Assembly (NCBI GenBank): GCA_963713825.1
Contig: CAVQNG010000025.1
Coordinates: 256,001 to 320,000, forward strand
Source of the DNA: an uncultured Acidobacteriota bacterium
Lineage (GTDB): Bacteria > Acidobacteriota > Thermoanaerobaculia > Multivoradales > JAHEKO01
DNA: 64,000 bases
Direction: 5' to 3'
Shown here: positions 46,067 through 55,368 of the stretch, piece by piece
Position numbering within the stretch: the first letter of the stretch is position 1
How the letters are laid out: the number at the start of each line of letters is the position of its first letter
Program-made: the position numbers and the translations under genes
The notes under the pieces: generated by a model
The model's input: the letters and a program-made list of their open reading frames with translations, nothing else
Told to the model about the DNA's origin: nothing
The model's database searches: none

Positions 46067-48577
46067 TCAGCGCTGTCGAATCTCGTTCACGAGGTAGAGC
46101 AGCGGAAGGTCGGACCTCGGCGGCAGGGTTTCAGACAGGAAGAGGCTGTCGAGCTGTGGGTTGTCCTGGAACCTCTCGACCTGGAGCCGGTCAACCCCAG
46201 TGCTGCTGGCAGCGAGGGATGGGACCTTCTCGCCGTCCTGAATCACCCACTGCGCCACCCGCAGGAGTGGATGCTCGTAGGTGCCCTTCAGTACGTCGAC
46301 GACGCGGTACTCGCAGACCGCGAGCGCTTCACGATAGGGGGCAATCTCCTGCAGGGTCGGTACCTTCGAGCAGGCTTCTCTTTCGACGGCCAGAGTCCAT
46401 TGCGGCACCTCCTCGCGGTTTTCCAGAACGCGGCGATAGTGGGCGGCGTTCTCGCGGATCTCGTCGGGTGGAAGGGCGCGGTTGTAGATCGTGACTCCTT
46501 CGACAGTCCCGTGCCACGACGATCGCCCCCGAGCGTCGCCTCCGATGGTCACCGGCAGTGATTGCCAGTGAAAGAAACCTCCCTGGATCTCACTTGTCGT
46601 GGAGACTTCCTCCCCGTCCAGAAAGGCGGTCAGGCGCCCAGCAGAGTAGGTGATACCAATGTGGGAGCTGCGGTTGGGAGGCAAGGTCATGACCCTCACT
46701 TCCGGAGCCGCCTCCTCACCTCGGCTCTTGACCCTGATGGCGATCAGCAGGTCATTGCCCTGTTGGGAAAGGGCGAAGTTTGTCGCCCCCTGGGCCATAC
46801 CCAGGATCACCCCTCGTCTTCGCTGATTCGGTTGGGGTTCGAGGACCGCTTCGATGGTGAGCTCGTAGGTAGATTGGCAGGCCCAGCGAATTCGATTCGC
46901 AATCTCCTTCGAGCTCGTAAACCGTCCGCCATCGGGCCGCAGGGCCCAGTTGTGGTCGAGACGGGCTCGGCCGTGGGCCTGGAGGACGACAGCTTCCTCC
47001 CCGCCCGTAGCCTCGTCGAAAACCAGGTTGGGGGCGTTGCCGGACTCCCATAGGAAGACCAGGCCCGCTCGATTGGTTGGCCATGAGGCCGGGATCAGCT
47101 CGAGAGAGGCAGGCGGCATGGGGTTGGGCTGTGCCGCTCGATCACGAACGCCCTCGACGAGCAATTCGTCCATGGCCAGCAGAGGTTGATCCAGATAGAG
47201 GTGCAACTCCATCTCGTCGTCGAGCTGCCTGGCTGATTGAACGGTGATTCCCGACGTCAATCTCCAAGTCGCTCCTGCGGCATCGATCGGCTCGTCGAAG
47301 CGGAGAGTCACCTCGCTTCCCGAGTAGGACACCCGGTGGGAGGTGATGTGGGGTGGGTGCGGTTCTTCCACGACTACGCGGCCCAACAGCTGCAGCCGGT
47401 CGTCGGAAGCCGCGATTCGAAAGTGCCCGGGTCGCTCGAACGTGTGCTCCCCAGTCTCGCCCTCGCTCTCGGCACCGTCGCCCCAACTCCATCGGTAGGT
47501 GCTCCGGTCGCCGGGTGGGGTCAGTCGCACCGTCAAGGGAGCTTCACCTGTATGGAGTCCCAATCCCAATCGCTCCAGATAGACATCGGGGTAGCGATCC
47601 GTGCTGGGATGGTTCGTGATTCGAACCGGCGCTCCAAGGATCTCTATCGATCCTGGATCGGTCGGGGCAAGAAAGATCTCGTAGTCGGCGTCGAAATGAG
47701 GGTGCTCGTCTCGCGACGCTGCGAAAGCCATGGCTCTGTTGTCTGAAGAGACCATCGGGAAATAGAGATACCCGAAGTCCTTCGGCAGGAGCGGATCGCT
47801 CTTCTTCAACAGTGTTTCGACGTCACCGGTCGCCAGCTCTATCTTGTGAATGGGCCCACCTGGTGCCGCGACCCAGAAGCCCCACCTTCCGTCGTGAGTG
47901 AAATAGGGTTGACACCCACCGACCGGAGAGCGCTCGAGGACCCGTCGTCGCCTCTTGTCGAAGGGTGCGAACGAGACCCGACCCGAAGTCGCAAATTTCA
48001 GCTGGCTATCGATAAGCCACGGGTAGTCCTCGGTGGGTGCTTCGGTGAGTGTGGTGACAGCGCCAGATCCCAGATCCAGCAGGGCGGTTCGCTGATCTGC
48101 GTCGATGAAGACCAACTCCTCTGCAGACCTCCATACGATAGCCCGATTCTCATAGTAGTTGCGGGCGTCGGGAAGAAGGAGCTCGTCGCCGGTGCCGTCG
48201 GGTCGGATGCGGCGCAATGCACCATGGGCGCCACCCTGCGGGTAGCCTTGTTGGTCGGCCGCCAGACTCAGGTAGGCAATCCAGCGACCGTCTGGAGAGA
48301 TATGTGGGCAGCAGTGTAGCAGCGGCCCTTTGTCGTGGGTCAGCTGTCGTGGAGGCGAGCCGTCGAGGTCGCGCGACCACAGACGCCAGTTGCCAGTTCG
48401 GTTCGACTCCCAGACCACGAAGCCGTCGCCAAGCATGGCTCTCGAGCTATCCGTCTTCTGTTCCCCGTTGACCTCAGGAGTCTCGACGGTGGGTGCGGAG
48501 AGCTCCGACTGGCAGGCGGAAGCCGTGAGGGCCACAATCAGAGTGGCCAGGATCACTGCGCTCAGCCTCATGTCCAT
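46067..48577 (-). CDS. Lipoprotein with a TolB-like (PD40) propeller, PKD, Ig-like and LamG/concanavalin-like domains
   Basis: Lipobox LTASAC. ESNRTGNW and ISPDGRWIAY (PD40). GEAPLTV..YRWSWGDG..HTFERPG (PKD). LTIEA..HIGITY..FLDG..IYNRAL (LamG). Start uncertain (48571, 48577 or 48631). Confidence 0.8.
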   Translation of the reverse strand: MDMRLSAVILATLIVALTASACQSELSAPTVETPEVNGEQKTDSSRAMLGDGFVVWESNRTGNWRLWSRDLDGSPPRQLTHDKGPLLHCCPHISPDGRWIAYLSLAADQQGYPQGGAHGALRRIRPDGTGDELLLPDARNYYENRAIVWRSAEELVFIDADQRTALLDLGSGAVTTLTEAPTEDYPWLIDSQLKFATSGRVSFAPFDKRRRRVLERSPVGGCQPYFTHDGRWGFWVAAPGGPIHKIELATGDVETLLKKSDPLLPKDFGYLYFPMVSSDNRAMAFAASRDEHPHFDADYEIFLAPTDPGSIEILGAPVRITNHPSTDRYPDVYLERLGLGLHTGEAPLTVRLTPPGDRSTYRWSWGDGAESEGETGEHTFERPGHFRIAASDDRLQLLGRVVVEEPHPPHITSHRVSYSGSEVTLRFDEPIDAAGATWRLTSGITVQSARQLDDEMELHLYLDQPLLAMDELLVEGVRDRAAQPNPMPPASLELIPASWPTNRAGLVFLWESGNAPNLVFDEATGGEEAVVLQAHGRARLDHNWALRPDGGRFTSSKEIANRIRWACQSTYELTIEAVLEPQPNQRRRGVILGMAQGATNFALSQQGNDLLIAIRVKSRGEEAAPEVRVMTLPPNRSSHIGITYSAGRLTAFLDGEEVSTTSEIQGGFFHWQSLPVTIGGDARGRSSWHGTVEGVTIYNRALPPDEIRENAAHYRRVLENREEVPQWTLAVEREACSKVPTLQEIAPYREALAVCEYRVVDVLKGTYEHPLLRVAQWVIQDGEKVPSLAASSTGVDRLQVERFQDNPQLDSLFLSETLPPRSDLPLLYLVNEIRQR

Positions 48578-48669
48578 CACCTGCAGTCTAGCCCGAATGC
48601 CCCGCCCCGGAGAGTGTGGTGCCTGGTTCAATGGCGGGAGTTCTTTGAGGGCTTGGGGCTGAGACGGCC

Positions 48670-48746
48670 GATCGGACCAGGGATCTCCCTCGTCTGCGGC
48701 CTCACCCGACCATGCCCCTCCGACGAGGGAGACCCATGGCCCGATC
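48670..48746. repeat. Long imperfect inverted repeat in a divergent intergenic region
   Basis: GATCGG-A-CCA-GGG-A-TCTCCCTCGTC, 27-nt loop, GACGAGGGAGA-CCC-A-TGG-C-CCGATC. About 23 paired bases. Confidence 0.75.
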
Positions 48747-49015
48747 TACCACCTTCGACACACATCAAGAATCGGATTGCTGGCTCGGCCCCCTACGCCC
48801 CTGCGCCCTTATTGCCTTTAACGGTGCCAGAGGTTCGGTCGGGTGGTTCGACAGGGGGGCTCTCGACAAGCGCAGCGCAAGAGCCGTCGCAGTGCACGAT
48901 AGATCCGGCGCGCCGGGGAGCGCAGGTGGCGGCCTGTCCGTCAAAGTCTGAGTAGCCGACGCCGTCCCCCTGCGGACCACCTGGACGGACCTCCCCACGT
49001 CGACGGTTGTCAGTT

Positions 49016-49050
49016 CAGGACCCAGGACCCAGGACCCAAGCCCCAAGGCA
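49016..49050 (+). repeat. Heptamer tandem repeat
   Basis: (CAGGACC)x3 followed by the degenerate copies CAAGCCC and CAAGGCA. Confidence 0.8.
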
Positions 49051-49195
49051 CGCACGGCAAAGAGCCGGGTGCCTCAACCCCCAGGACGGGTGGGTGGGCA
49101 GGGGGGGCCTGTGTTATCGTCACGCCGTCCTGAAACGGCTGGTGCTTTCCTCTCGAGAGGGCGGGAGATCAGCCGCAAACAGTCACCCCAAATCC

Positions 49196-51430
49196 ATGCT
49201 CGGTTTCCGTCGCCTCCTGGCCCTCACCCTCGGCTTGCTGATCCTGACCACGGCCTGTGGTCACCAGGAGCCGATGGAGACGACCCATGATCTGATCGCA
49301 GATTTTCCGTCGGCCATAGGCTGGGGCGAAACGCGCCGGATCGATTTCGGCTCGGCCCGAGATCGACGCCACCTGGTGTCGGGCTGGTCTTTCGACGAGT
49401 GGGATCACCCGAAGAAATCGGCTTTCGTCTGGGGAATTGGAGCGGAGTCGGACCTCGAGTTCAGCGTGCTGAGCCCTCGTGATCTGATTTTGAGGGTCCG
49501 TTGCCGGCCGGCCCCCCAGGTGGAGGGCCAGCGGGTTGATGTCATTCTCAACGGCCGCCATCTGGACGGTTTTGGTCTGCGGGACCGGTTGGCTGTCTAC
49601 CAGGTCCAGGTGGACGGAGAGTGGCTGCGGCCTGGCGTCAACGAGTTGAGTTTCCGGTACGCTGACCACGGGGAAGCAGGTGAGCAATCGGGTCAGGATC
49701 AGAGGCCTCTGGCAGTCGCCTGGTACGAGCTGAGCTTGGATTCCGAGGTCCCGGTCGATCTCGGTGAGCCCGAAGTCATTGCAGAGGACACAGTCCTGTC
49801 ATTGCCGGTCGGGACCAGAGTCGATTACTACCTGCGATTGCCGCCAGACAGCGTTCTGGAAGTCCAGGGAGTCGACCTGTCCGGCGGCAAGACCGCCCAC
49901 GTCGAAGTGTCATTGCAGTTGGATGGTGAGGATGCAGCCCACATCGTTGGCAAGCTGAAGAGGTCGAATCGGTCGCAACGGCTGGCTTTGGAGGGTGACC
50001 GCTCGAGGGTGGTGCGGCTGACTCTCGGGGCGCCGTTGGCCGCTGATGGCTCCAACGGCGGAGCTTTGGTGTCGCTGCAGGGTCCGATCATTCGATCGCC
50101 GCAGAGCGGGGACTTGGGGGCTGAGGTCGGCGAGGGCGTGGCCGCCTCCGATGCAGAATCCCGACGCCCCAACATCCTGTTGTACGTGATGGACACCCTG
50201 CGGGCAGATCACCTCGGAGTCTACGGCTACTCGAGGCCGGTTTCGCCACAGATCGACGCTTTCGCTACCGAGGCTACGGTGTTCGACGACGCCGTGGCGC
50301 AGTCCTCGTGGACCCGAGCTTCGATGGCTTCGATCTTCACCGGCTTGTGGCCTCTGCAGCATGCGACCAACCGTCGCGGAGATGTCCTGGCGCCCGAAGC
50401 GCTTACGCTGGCGGAGCTGCTGAGCGCAGCTGGCTACCAGACGGTCGCCTTCGCGAAGAACCAGAACATCTTCCCCACGTTCGGGTTCTCGCAAGGCTTC
50501 GAAGACTTCAACGCCATGTGGACGAAGGGCAAGTCCCAGAAGATCAACGCGAAGGTGGAGAAGTGGTTGAAGACCTACGACGGTGATCGGCCGTTCTTCC
50601 TCTACTTACACGCGGTCGATCCGCACGTCCCATACGGACCTCCCGCGGGGTTCAAGTACCAGTTCGCCAAGAAGTCCAATGACGACCTGACGTTGAAACG
50701 ACCTCCAGGCCCGAAGATCTGGAAAGATCTGGAGACTGACCAGCAAGATCGCATTCTGGGGCATCTCTTGGATCTCTACGATGGCGAGATCGCCTACAAC
50801 GATTCCACTTTCGGCCAGCTCCTCGATCTGCTGCGCGAGGTCTCCGTCTACGAGGAAACTCTCATCATCCTGTTGTCGGATCATGGTGAGGAGTTTCAGG
50901 ATCATGGCAATTGGCAGCATGGCAGGAATCTCTTCGTCGAGAATCTCCATGTGCCGCTGCTGATGCGGTTCCCCGACAGGGGCCATGGAGTGCGGGTGGA
51001 GCGGCGAGTCCAGCACATCGATCTTCTTCCGACGCTGCTCGACTACCTCGGCCTCGGTGTGCCGGAGTTCCTCGAGGGAAGCTCGTTTCTGAGCTGGGTG
51101 ACCGATGCGGAGACACCTGTGAACGAGCCCCCCAGGCCGATCTATTCATTCCTGCACTTGGATGGTCTGCCCAACGTGAGTGTCATCGAGGGCGATTGGA
51201 AGCTGGTGCAGAACCTCAACAAGGGTGAGATTGCTTGGACGCATCTCTTCAACCTGGATGATGATCCGGGGGAGACCCGGAATCGAGCGTTGGAGAGACC
51301 GATCCTGACTTCATATCTGGCCAGTCTGATTGCCAGCCGGCGGGCTGAGGAAAGTCGGCTAACTGCCGGCGAGGCGGTTCTGGACGAGCGCATGGAAGAG
51401 GCTCTCAAGGCTCTCGGTTACATCAACTAG
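49196..51430 (+). CDS. Sulfatase-fold lipoprotein with Thr nucleophile and a large N-terminal beta-rich accessory region
   Basis: Likely ATG 49196. Lipobox ILTTAC. MDTLRADHL, SSWTRASMASIFTG, HAVDPHVPY, SDHGEEF, C-terminal LKALGYIN. Confidence 0.87.
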   Translation: MLGFRRLLALTLGLLILTTACGHQEPMETTHDLIADFPSAIGWGETRRIDFGSARDRRHLVSGWSFDEWDHPKKSAFVWGIGAESDLEFSVLSPRDLILRVRCRPAPQVEGQRVDVILNGRHLDGFGLRDRLAVYQVQVDGEWLRPGVNELSFRYADHGEAGEQSGQDQRPLAVAWYELSLDSEVPVDLGEPEVIAEDTVLSLPVGTRVDYYLRLPPDSVLEVQGVDLSGGKTAHVEVSLQLDGEDAAHIVGKLKRSNRSQRLALEGDRSRVVRLTLGAPLAADGSNGGALVSLQGPIIRSPQSGDLGAEVGEGVAASDAESRRPNILLYVMDTLRADHLGVYGYSRPVSPQIDAFATEATVFDDAVAQSSWTRASMASIFTGLWPLQHATNRRGDVLAPEALTLAELLSAAGYQTVAFAKNQNIFPTFGFSQGFEDFNAMWTKGKSQKINAKVEKWLKTYDGDRPFFLYLHAVDPHVPYGPPAGFKYQFAKKSNDDLTLKRPPGPKIWKDLETDQQDRILGHLLDLYDGEIAYNDSTFGQLLDLLREVSVYEETLIILLSDHGEEFQDHGNWQHGRNLFVENLHVPLLMRFPDRGHGVRVERRVQHIDLLPTLLDYLGLGVPEFLEGSSFLSWVTDAETPVNEPPRPIYSFLHLDGLPNVSVIEGDWKLVQNLNKGEIAWTHLFNLDDDPGETRNRALERPILTSYLASLIASRRAEESRLTAGEAVLDERMEEALKALGYIN

Positions 51431-51440
51431 GCTAGACTCC

Positions 51441-53690
51441 TTGACTGACGCAATGCGCAGCATGACGCGATTGGTTCTGGCCTGCTTGGCTCTGTTCCTG
51501 GTGGTTTTTACCCTGGCCGTGGGGAAGCCGGGTTTGCCAATGACCTTCAAGGCCGATGAGCCGGCCTACTACTTGATGGCCCAGAGTCTGGCTCACGATC
51601 GGGATCTGCAATGCGACGTGGGGGATCTGGGCCGCCTCTTCGACGAGTATCCCTATCTCGCCACCTTCAATCTCATCTTGATGACCGATGATGGGTGGCA
51701 AACAACCTTCTTCGGCAAGCCCTACATCTACTCCCTGATGGCTGCGCCCCTGGTCGGGGTCTTTGGCGCCAACGGCATGGTGGCGTTGAATATGCTGCTG
51801 TTGATGACCATGATCTGGATGGGGACTGCCTACTTGAGTCGATTCAACTCGGCGCCCCTGGCTGCGCTCTATTCTGTTGGTTTCTTTCTCGTCAGCACAG
51901 CCTTCGCGTATGTCTTCTGGCTGCATCCCGAGATCTTCAACATGGCAGGAGTCATGGGCTGTCTGTACTTCGCCTTGCATCCGGTCGACCCACCGGAATT
52001 CGTGCGCGGTCGCTTCCGGGCGATGCGGCAGATTGTGGCGAATCCAGGAGCTCGGGCCGCCGTGTCTGGCGGCGTCCTGGCCTTGGCGGCCTACAACAAG
52101 CCGATGCTGGCAGCTGTCGCACTCGGACCGTTGGTGTCCTGGGTTCTGGGACGCCAGTGGCGCCGCATCGTGATCTTCGCTGCCACCGGTCTGGCAATTG
52201 TGGCCCTCGTGAGCGGCCTCTCGGTAGCCCTGACCGGTCATCCCAGTGCCTATCTCGGTGTCGAGCGGATGGGCGTTCCCGTTTTCGATCCTTCGGAGAT
52301 GCCGGTACAACCCGTGCATCGCGCGCCGGCGGCAGAGGAGCAGACCACGAACTCCTGGTATTGGCTCCTGCGGATACCGGAGATCAACGGCTCGGAGCTG
52401 CGTCTCAATCTGGGTTACTTTCTCTGGGGGCGGCACACGGGGTTGCTGCCCTACCTGCCTTTCGCCGCTCTCAGTGTTCTGCTGTTTCTCCTGCATCGAG
52501 GCAAGACGATCGTGCGGTGGTCGATCTTGCTTTCCCTTGTGGCGGTTGCGGTCTTCTTTCTCGTCTGGATCCCGTTCAACTGGCATGGCGGTGGAGGTTT
52601 TGTCGGTAATCGGTACTTCGTCAACGTCTATCCGGCCTTTCTCTTTCTGGTGACCGCCATCGGGCCCACCTGGCTGTTGGGCGTGACCTATGCGGTCGGC
52701 GGGCTCCTCTTGGGCCCCATTCTCTTCACTCCATTGGGTGCCCCGGTGCCGGAGCCGACCTTGCAGGCGCATGTGCGAAATCCACCTCTTCGCCAGTTCC
52801 CGTTGGAGTTGACGTTTCGCCGCAAGTTGCCCGGCTATGAGGGAACGGTCGTCTCGGCACTTTGGATCCAGGGTCGGCGAGATGTGTTCAAGCCGAAAGA
52901 GGATGGTCTGTGGATTCATGGCGCCACCCCCGTCGAGCTTTGGGTCTACAGCTCAGAGAAGCTCGAAGGCGGCTTCACGTTATGGGTCAAGAGCTTGGCT
53001 CCCGAGAACGAGGTCAGCCTGAAGTTCGCAGGCGAGACCAGGTCGGTGGTCTTCACTGCCGATCCGCCGACGGAATCGACGCAGCGGGTTCGATTCGAGC
53101 CCCCGGGACCGGACAAAGTCCTGCACGACCAGCTCGAAGGGACGATCTATGCTTATCGTCTCCTCGTGGTGACGAAGACCGGATTTGTTCCCAATGCGGC
53201 GCGGAACGCCGAGACGAAGTTCCCTGTCAACGACTTCTACCTCGGGGCGGAGCTACAGATTCTGGGCACGGATCAGAATCTGGCACGAGATCTCTTCCAG
53301 GTCGAGTGGGGAGAGTCCATCGCTCCAGAAACCGCAGTCGCCGGCGAGGAGCTCGAGGTCTTGACTCGTCTGAAGAACTCCAGTGCTGAACGCTGGCCGT
53401 CATCGGGGCCGACCAGGGTGAATCTCTCATACCACTGGTTGACTCCAGATGGAGAGACGGTTCTGTGGGAAGGGCAGAGAACGCCGCTAGGCACTGACCT
53501 GGAAAGCGGTGGGGAGCTGGAACTGGTGCAAACCGTCTGGGCTCCGGAGGTTGCCGGTCGCTTCCTGCTGCAGTTGGATCTGGTGAGGGAGCGGGTGGCC
53601 TGGTTCTCCGACAAGAACGACGCCAATACCGTGCGTTTCCCCGTCGAGATCCTGGCACCCGCTGCTACTGAAGATATCCCAGAGCCTTGA
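51441..53690 (+). CDS. GT-C-like polytopic membrane protein with a C-terminal Ig-like domain (paralogue 1)
   Basis: ADEPAYYLMAQSLAHDRDL in the first loop, about 12 TM helices, GRHTGLLPY, NWHGGGGFVGNRY, C-terminal SYHW...LDLVRERVAWF. Start may be 51453 or 51462. Confidence 0.72.
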   Translation: MTDAMRSMTRLVLACLALFLVVFTLAVGKPGLPMTFKADEPAYYLMAQSLAHDRDLQCDVGDLGRLFDEYPYLATFNLILMTDDGWQTTFFGKPYIYSLMAAPLVGVFGANGMVALNMLLLMTMIWMGTAYLSRFNSAPLAALYSVGFFLVSTAFAYVFWLHPEIFNMAGVMGCLYFALHPVDPPEFVRGRFRAMRQIVANPGARAAVSGGVLALAAYNKPMLAAVALGPLVSWVLGRQWRRIVIFAATGLAIVALVSGLSVALTGHPSAYLGVERMGVPVFDPSEMPVQPVHRAPAAEEQTTNSWYWLLRIPEINGSELRLNLGYFLWGRHTGLLPYLPFAALSVLLFLLHRGKTIVRWSILLSLVAVAVFFLVWIPFNWHGGGGFVGNRYFVNVYPAFLFLVTAIGPTWLLGVTYAVGGLLLGPILFTPLGAPVPEPTLQAHVRNPPLRQFPLELTFRRKLPGYEGTVVSALWIQGRRDVFKPKEDGLWIHGATPVELWVYSSEKLEGGFTLWVKSLAPENEVSLKFAGETRSVVFTADPPTESTQRVRFEPPGPDKVLHDQLEGTIYAYRLLVVTKTGFVPNAARNAETKFPVNDFYLGAELQILGTDQNLARDLFQVEWGESIAPETAVAGEELEVLTRLKNSSAERWPSSGPTRVNLSYHWLTPDGETVLWEGQRTPLGTDLESGGELELVQTVWAPEVAGRFLLQLDLVRERVAWFSDKNDANTVRFPVEILAPAATEDIPEP

Positions 53691-55149
53691 GCTGACGACG
53701 GGTCTCGTCGTCCATTTCGCGCTCGGGCGACGTGTTGGAACCGTCGACGAGCGCCGAGAACGGTTCGGCTGACCAAATCTGGTCCAGTGAGCGCCGAAGT
53801 CGTTCAGCGGCTTCCGGAAACTGCTCCAATACATCGACGGTCTCACCCGGGTCGTTCTCGAGGTCGTAGAGGGTCATGAAGGTCCCCTTGCCGCCCACCC
53901 ATCGCTGCTCGTCGCCGGCAATGACGTGCATCAACTTGAAGCGCTTGTCCTGGACGATTTGCTGCCACTTCCTTTCGGTGGCGTAGCCGGCCTGGGAGAA
54001 GGCCGGCCGCGCACCGGCACTCGCGTTCTCGAGACGAGGGGTCAAGGATCGTCCCTGCATCCACCGGTCATCGTCCAACTCGACGCCCGCGAACTCGAGA
54101 ATCGAGGGCGACAAGTTGATGAGCTCCACCGGGTCCGAGTCCACATGAGGCTGGAGCACTCCGGGGTAGTGAAAGACCAGCGGCACCCGCAGACCGGGCT
54201 GGAAACCGAACCGGCCGTGGTCGAAGTAGTAGGAGTGCTCGCCCAGAGACTCGCCGTGGTCGGAGGTCAGGATCGTCAGGGTGCTCTCCAGCAAGCCCCG
54301 ATCGCTCATAAAGTCCAGAAGATCTCCGATCTGGGCGTCGGCGTAGGCGATCTCGGCGTCGTAGCGGGCGGTGTAGTAGGCGAGGTCGGTGCGGCCGTTC
54401 AATACCTGGTCGGTGCCGATGCCCGCCATCTGGCGGATCGGCACTTCCTTGATCTCGATCTGTTCCTCGGGATCGAAGTAGGCGTCATTCTCGAATCGAT
54501 CGGTCAGTGGCTCGGGTGCATGGTAGGGGAAATGGGGATCCAGATAGTGCACCCAAAAAAAGTAGGGTTGACTCGGATCGTGGTCGCCGATAACGGCCTT
54601 GGCTAGTCGAGTGACCGAACCGGCTCCGGTCGGGTCCTGACCCGCCTCGGGTGGCGACAGCTTCCAGGTTTCGATGTAGGTGTCGAAGCCCTGATCGAAA
54701 TTGAACTCGCTGGCCACAGCGCCGTTGGAAACCACTGCGTGGGTGGCGAAGCCCTCTTCCTTGAGCATCTCCGCCAACATCTTGAACTCCTGGGGCAGCC
54801 GCACTCCGACCCGCCTCACGATGCCGTTGTCTTTCGGATAGGTGGCGGTGAAGATGGAGGCGAAGGATGGAGCTGTCTTGGGCCATTGGACGATCGCTTG
54901 GTCGAATCGCACTCCCTCGGCGGCCAGGCCATCGATGATGGGCGAGGTATCGCGCTCGTAGCCGTAGCTCGACAAGTGGTCGGCACGCAGGGTATCGATG
55001 GTAATTAGCAGGATGTTGCTGCGAGTCGGCGCGGCCGGCTTCCCGCAGCTCGTTGACAGCAAACTACCGGCCAACAAGAGCGCAGTTAGAGCGCCGCTGA
55101 TCGGAGGGGTGAGCACCCGGTGGTCTCGGCAGTTCACTGCGGATTGCAT
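53665..55149 (-). CDS. Sulfatase-fold lipoprotein with Thr nucleophile
   Basis: Lipobox-like LLSTSC. IDTLRADHL, WPKTAPSFASIFTA, HYLDPHFPY, SDHGESL, C-terminal LKALGYLQ. Start uncertain. Confidence 0.87.
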   Translation of the reverse strand: MQSAVNCRDHRVLTPPISGALTALLLAGSLLSTSCGKPAAPTRSNILLITIDTLRADHLSSYGYERDTSPIIDGLAAEGVRFDQAIVQWPKTAPSFASIFTATYPKDNGIVRRVGVRLPQEFKMLAEMLKEEGFATHAVVSNGAVASEFNFDQGFDTYIETWKLSPPEAGQDPTGAGSVTRLAKAVIGDHDPSQPYFFWVHYLDPHFPYHAPEPLTDRFENDAYFDPEEQIEIKEVPIRQMAGIGTDQVLNGRTDLAYYTARYDAEIAYADAQIGDLLDFMSDRGLLESTLTILTSDHGESLGEHSYYFDHGRFGFQPGLRVPLVFHYPGVLQPHVDSDPVELINLSPSILEFAGVELDDDRWMQGRSLTPRLENASAGARPAFSQAGYATERKWQQIVQDKRFKLMHVIAGDEQRWVGGKGTFMTLYDLENDPGETVDVLEQFPEAAERLRRSLDQIWSAEPFSALVDGSNTSPEREMDDETRRQLKALGYLQ

Positions 55150-55236
55150 CTGTAAGAGTCTCAGTTGGGTAGCTCGATTCCGGGAGGGCAAGAAGGTCGA
55201 GCCCTCATCGCGGTGGAGGAGCGATTCCGGCCGCGA

Positions 55237-55292
55237 ATTATATCCAGTTTAGCGGCTCCTGGCAGAGTGTGCCGGTAGTGCTTTGCTAGAAT
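55237..55292. promoter_or_regulatory. Putative back-to-back divergent sigma70 promoters
   Basis: Minus strand CTGCCA-N17-TATAAT (55265 to 55237) points toward the sulfatase-fold gene. Plus strand TG-C-TAGAAT (55284-55292) points toward the GT-C gene. Confidence 0.45.
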
Positions 55293-55368
55293 CTCCGCGA
55301 CAATCTCGGGAGACCTTTCGGTCCAACTTCCTTCCCGTGCGGTCCTGTCCGGAACGGCGCCAAAGCCA

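Noticed and set aside
48830-48960. GGTTCGAC segment suggestive of a tRNA or tmRNA end
   Set aside because: No cloverleaf, acceptor stem or CCA end could be built.
49016-49050. Tandem repeat considered as a CRISPR remnant
   Set aside because: The unit is only 7 bp, there are no spacers and there are no cas genes.
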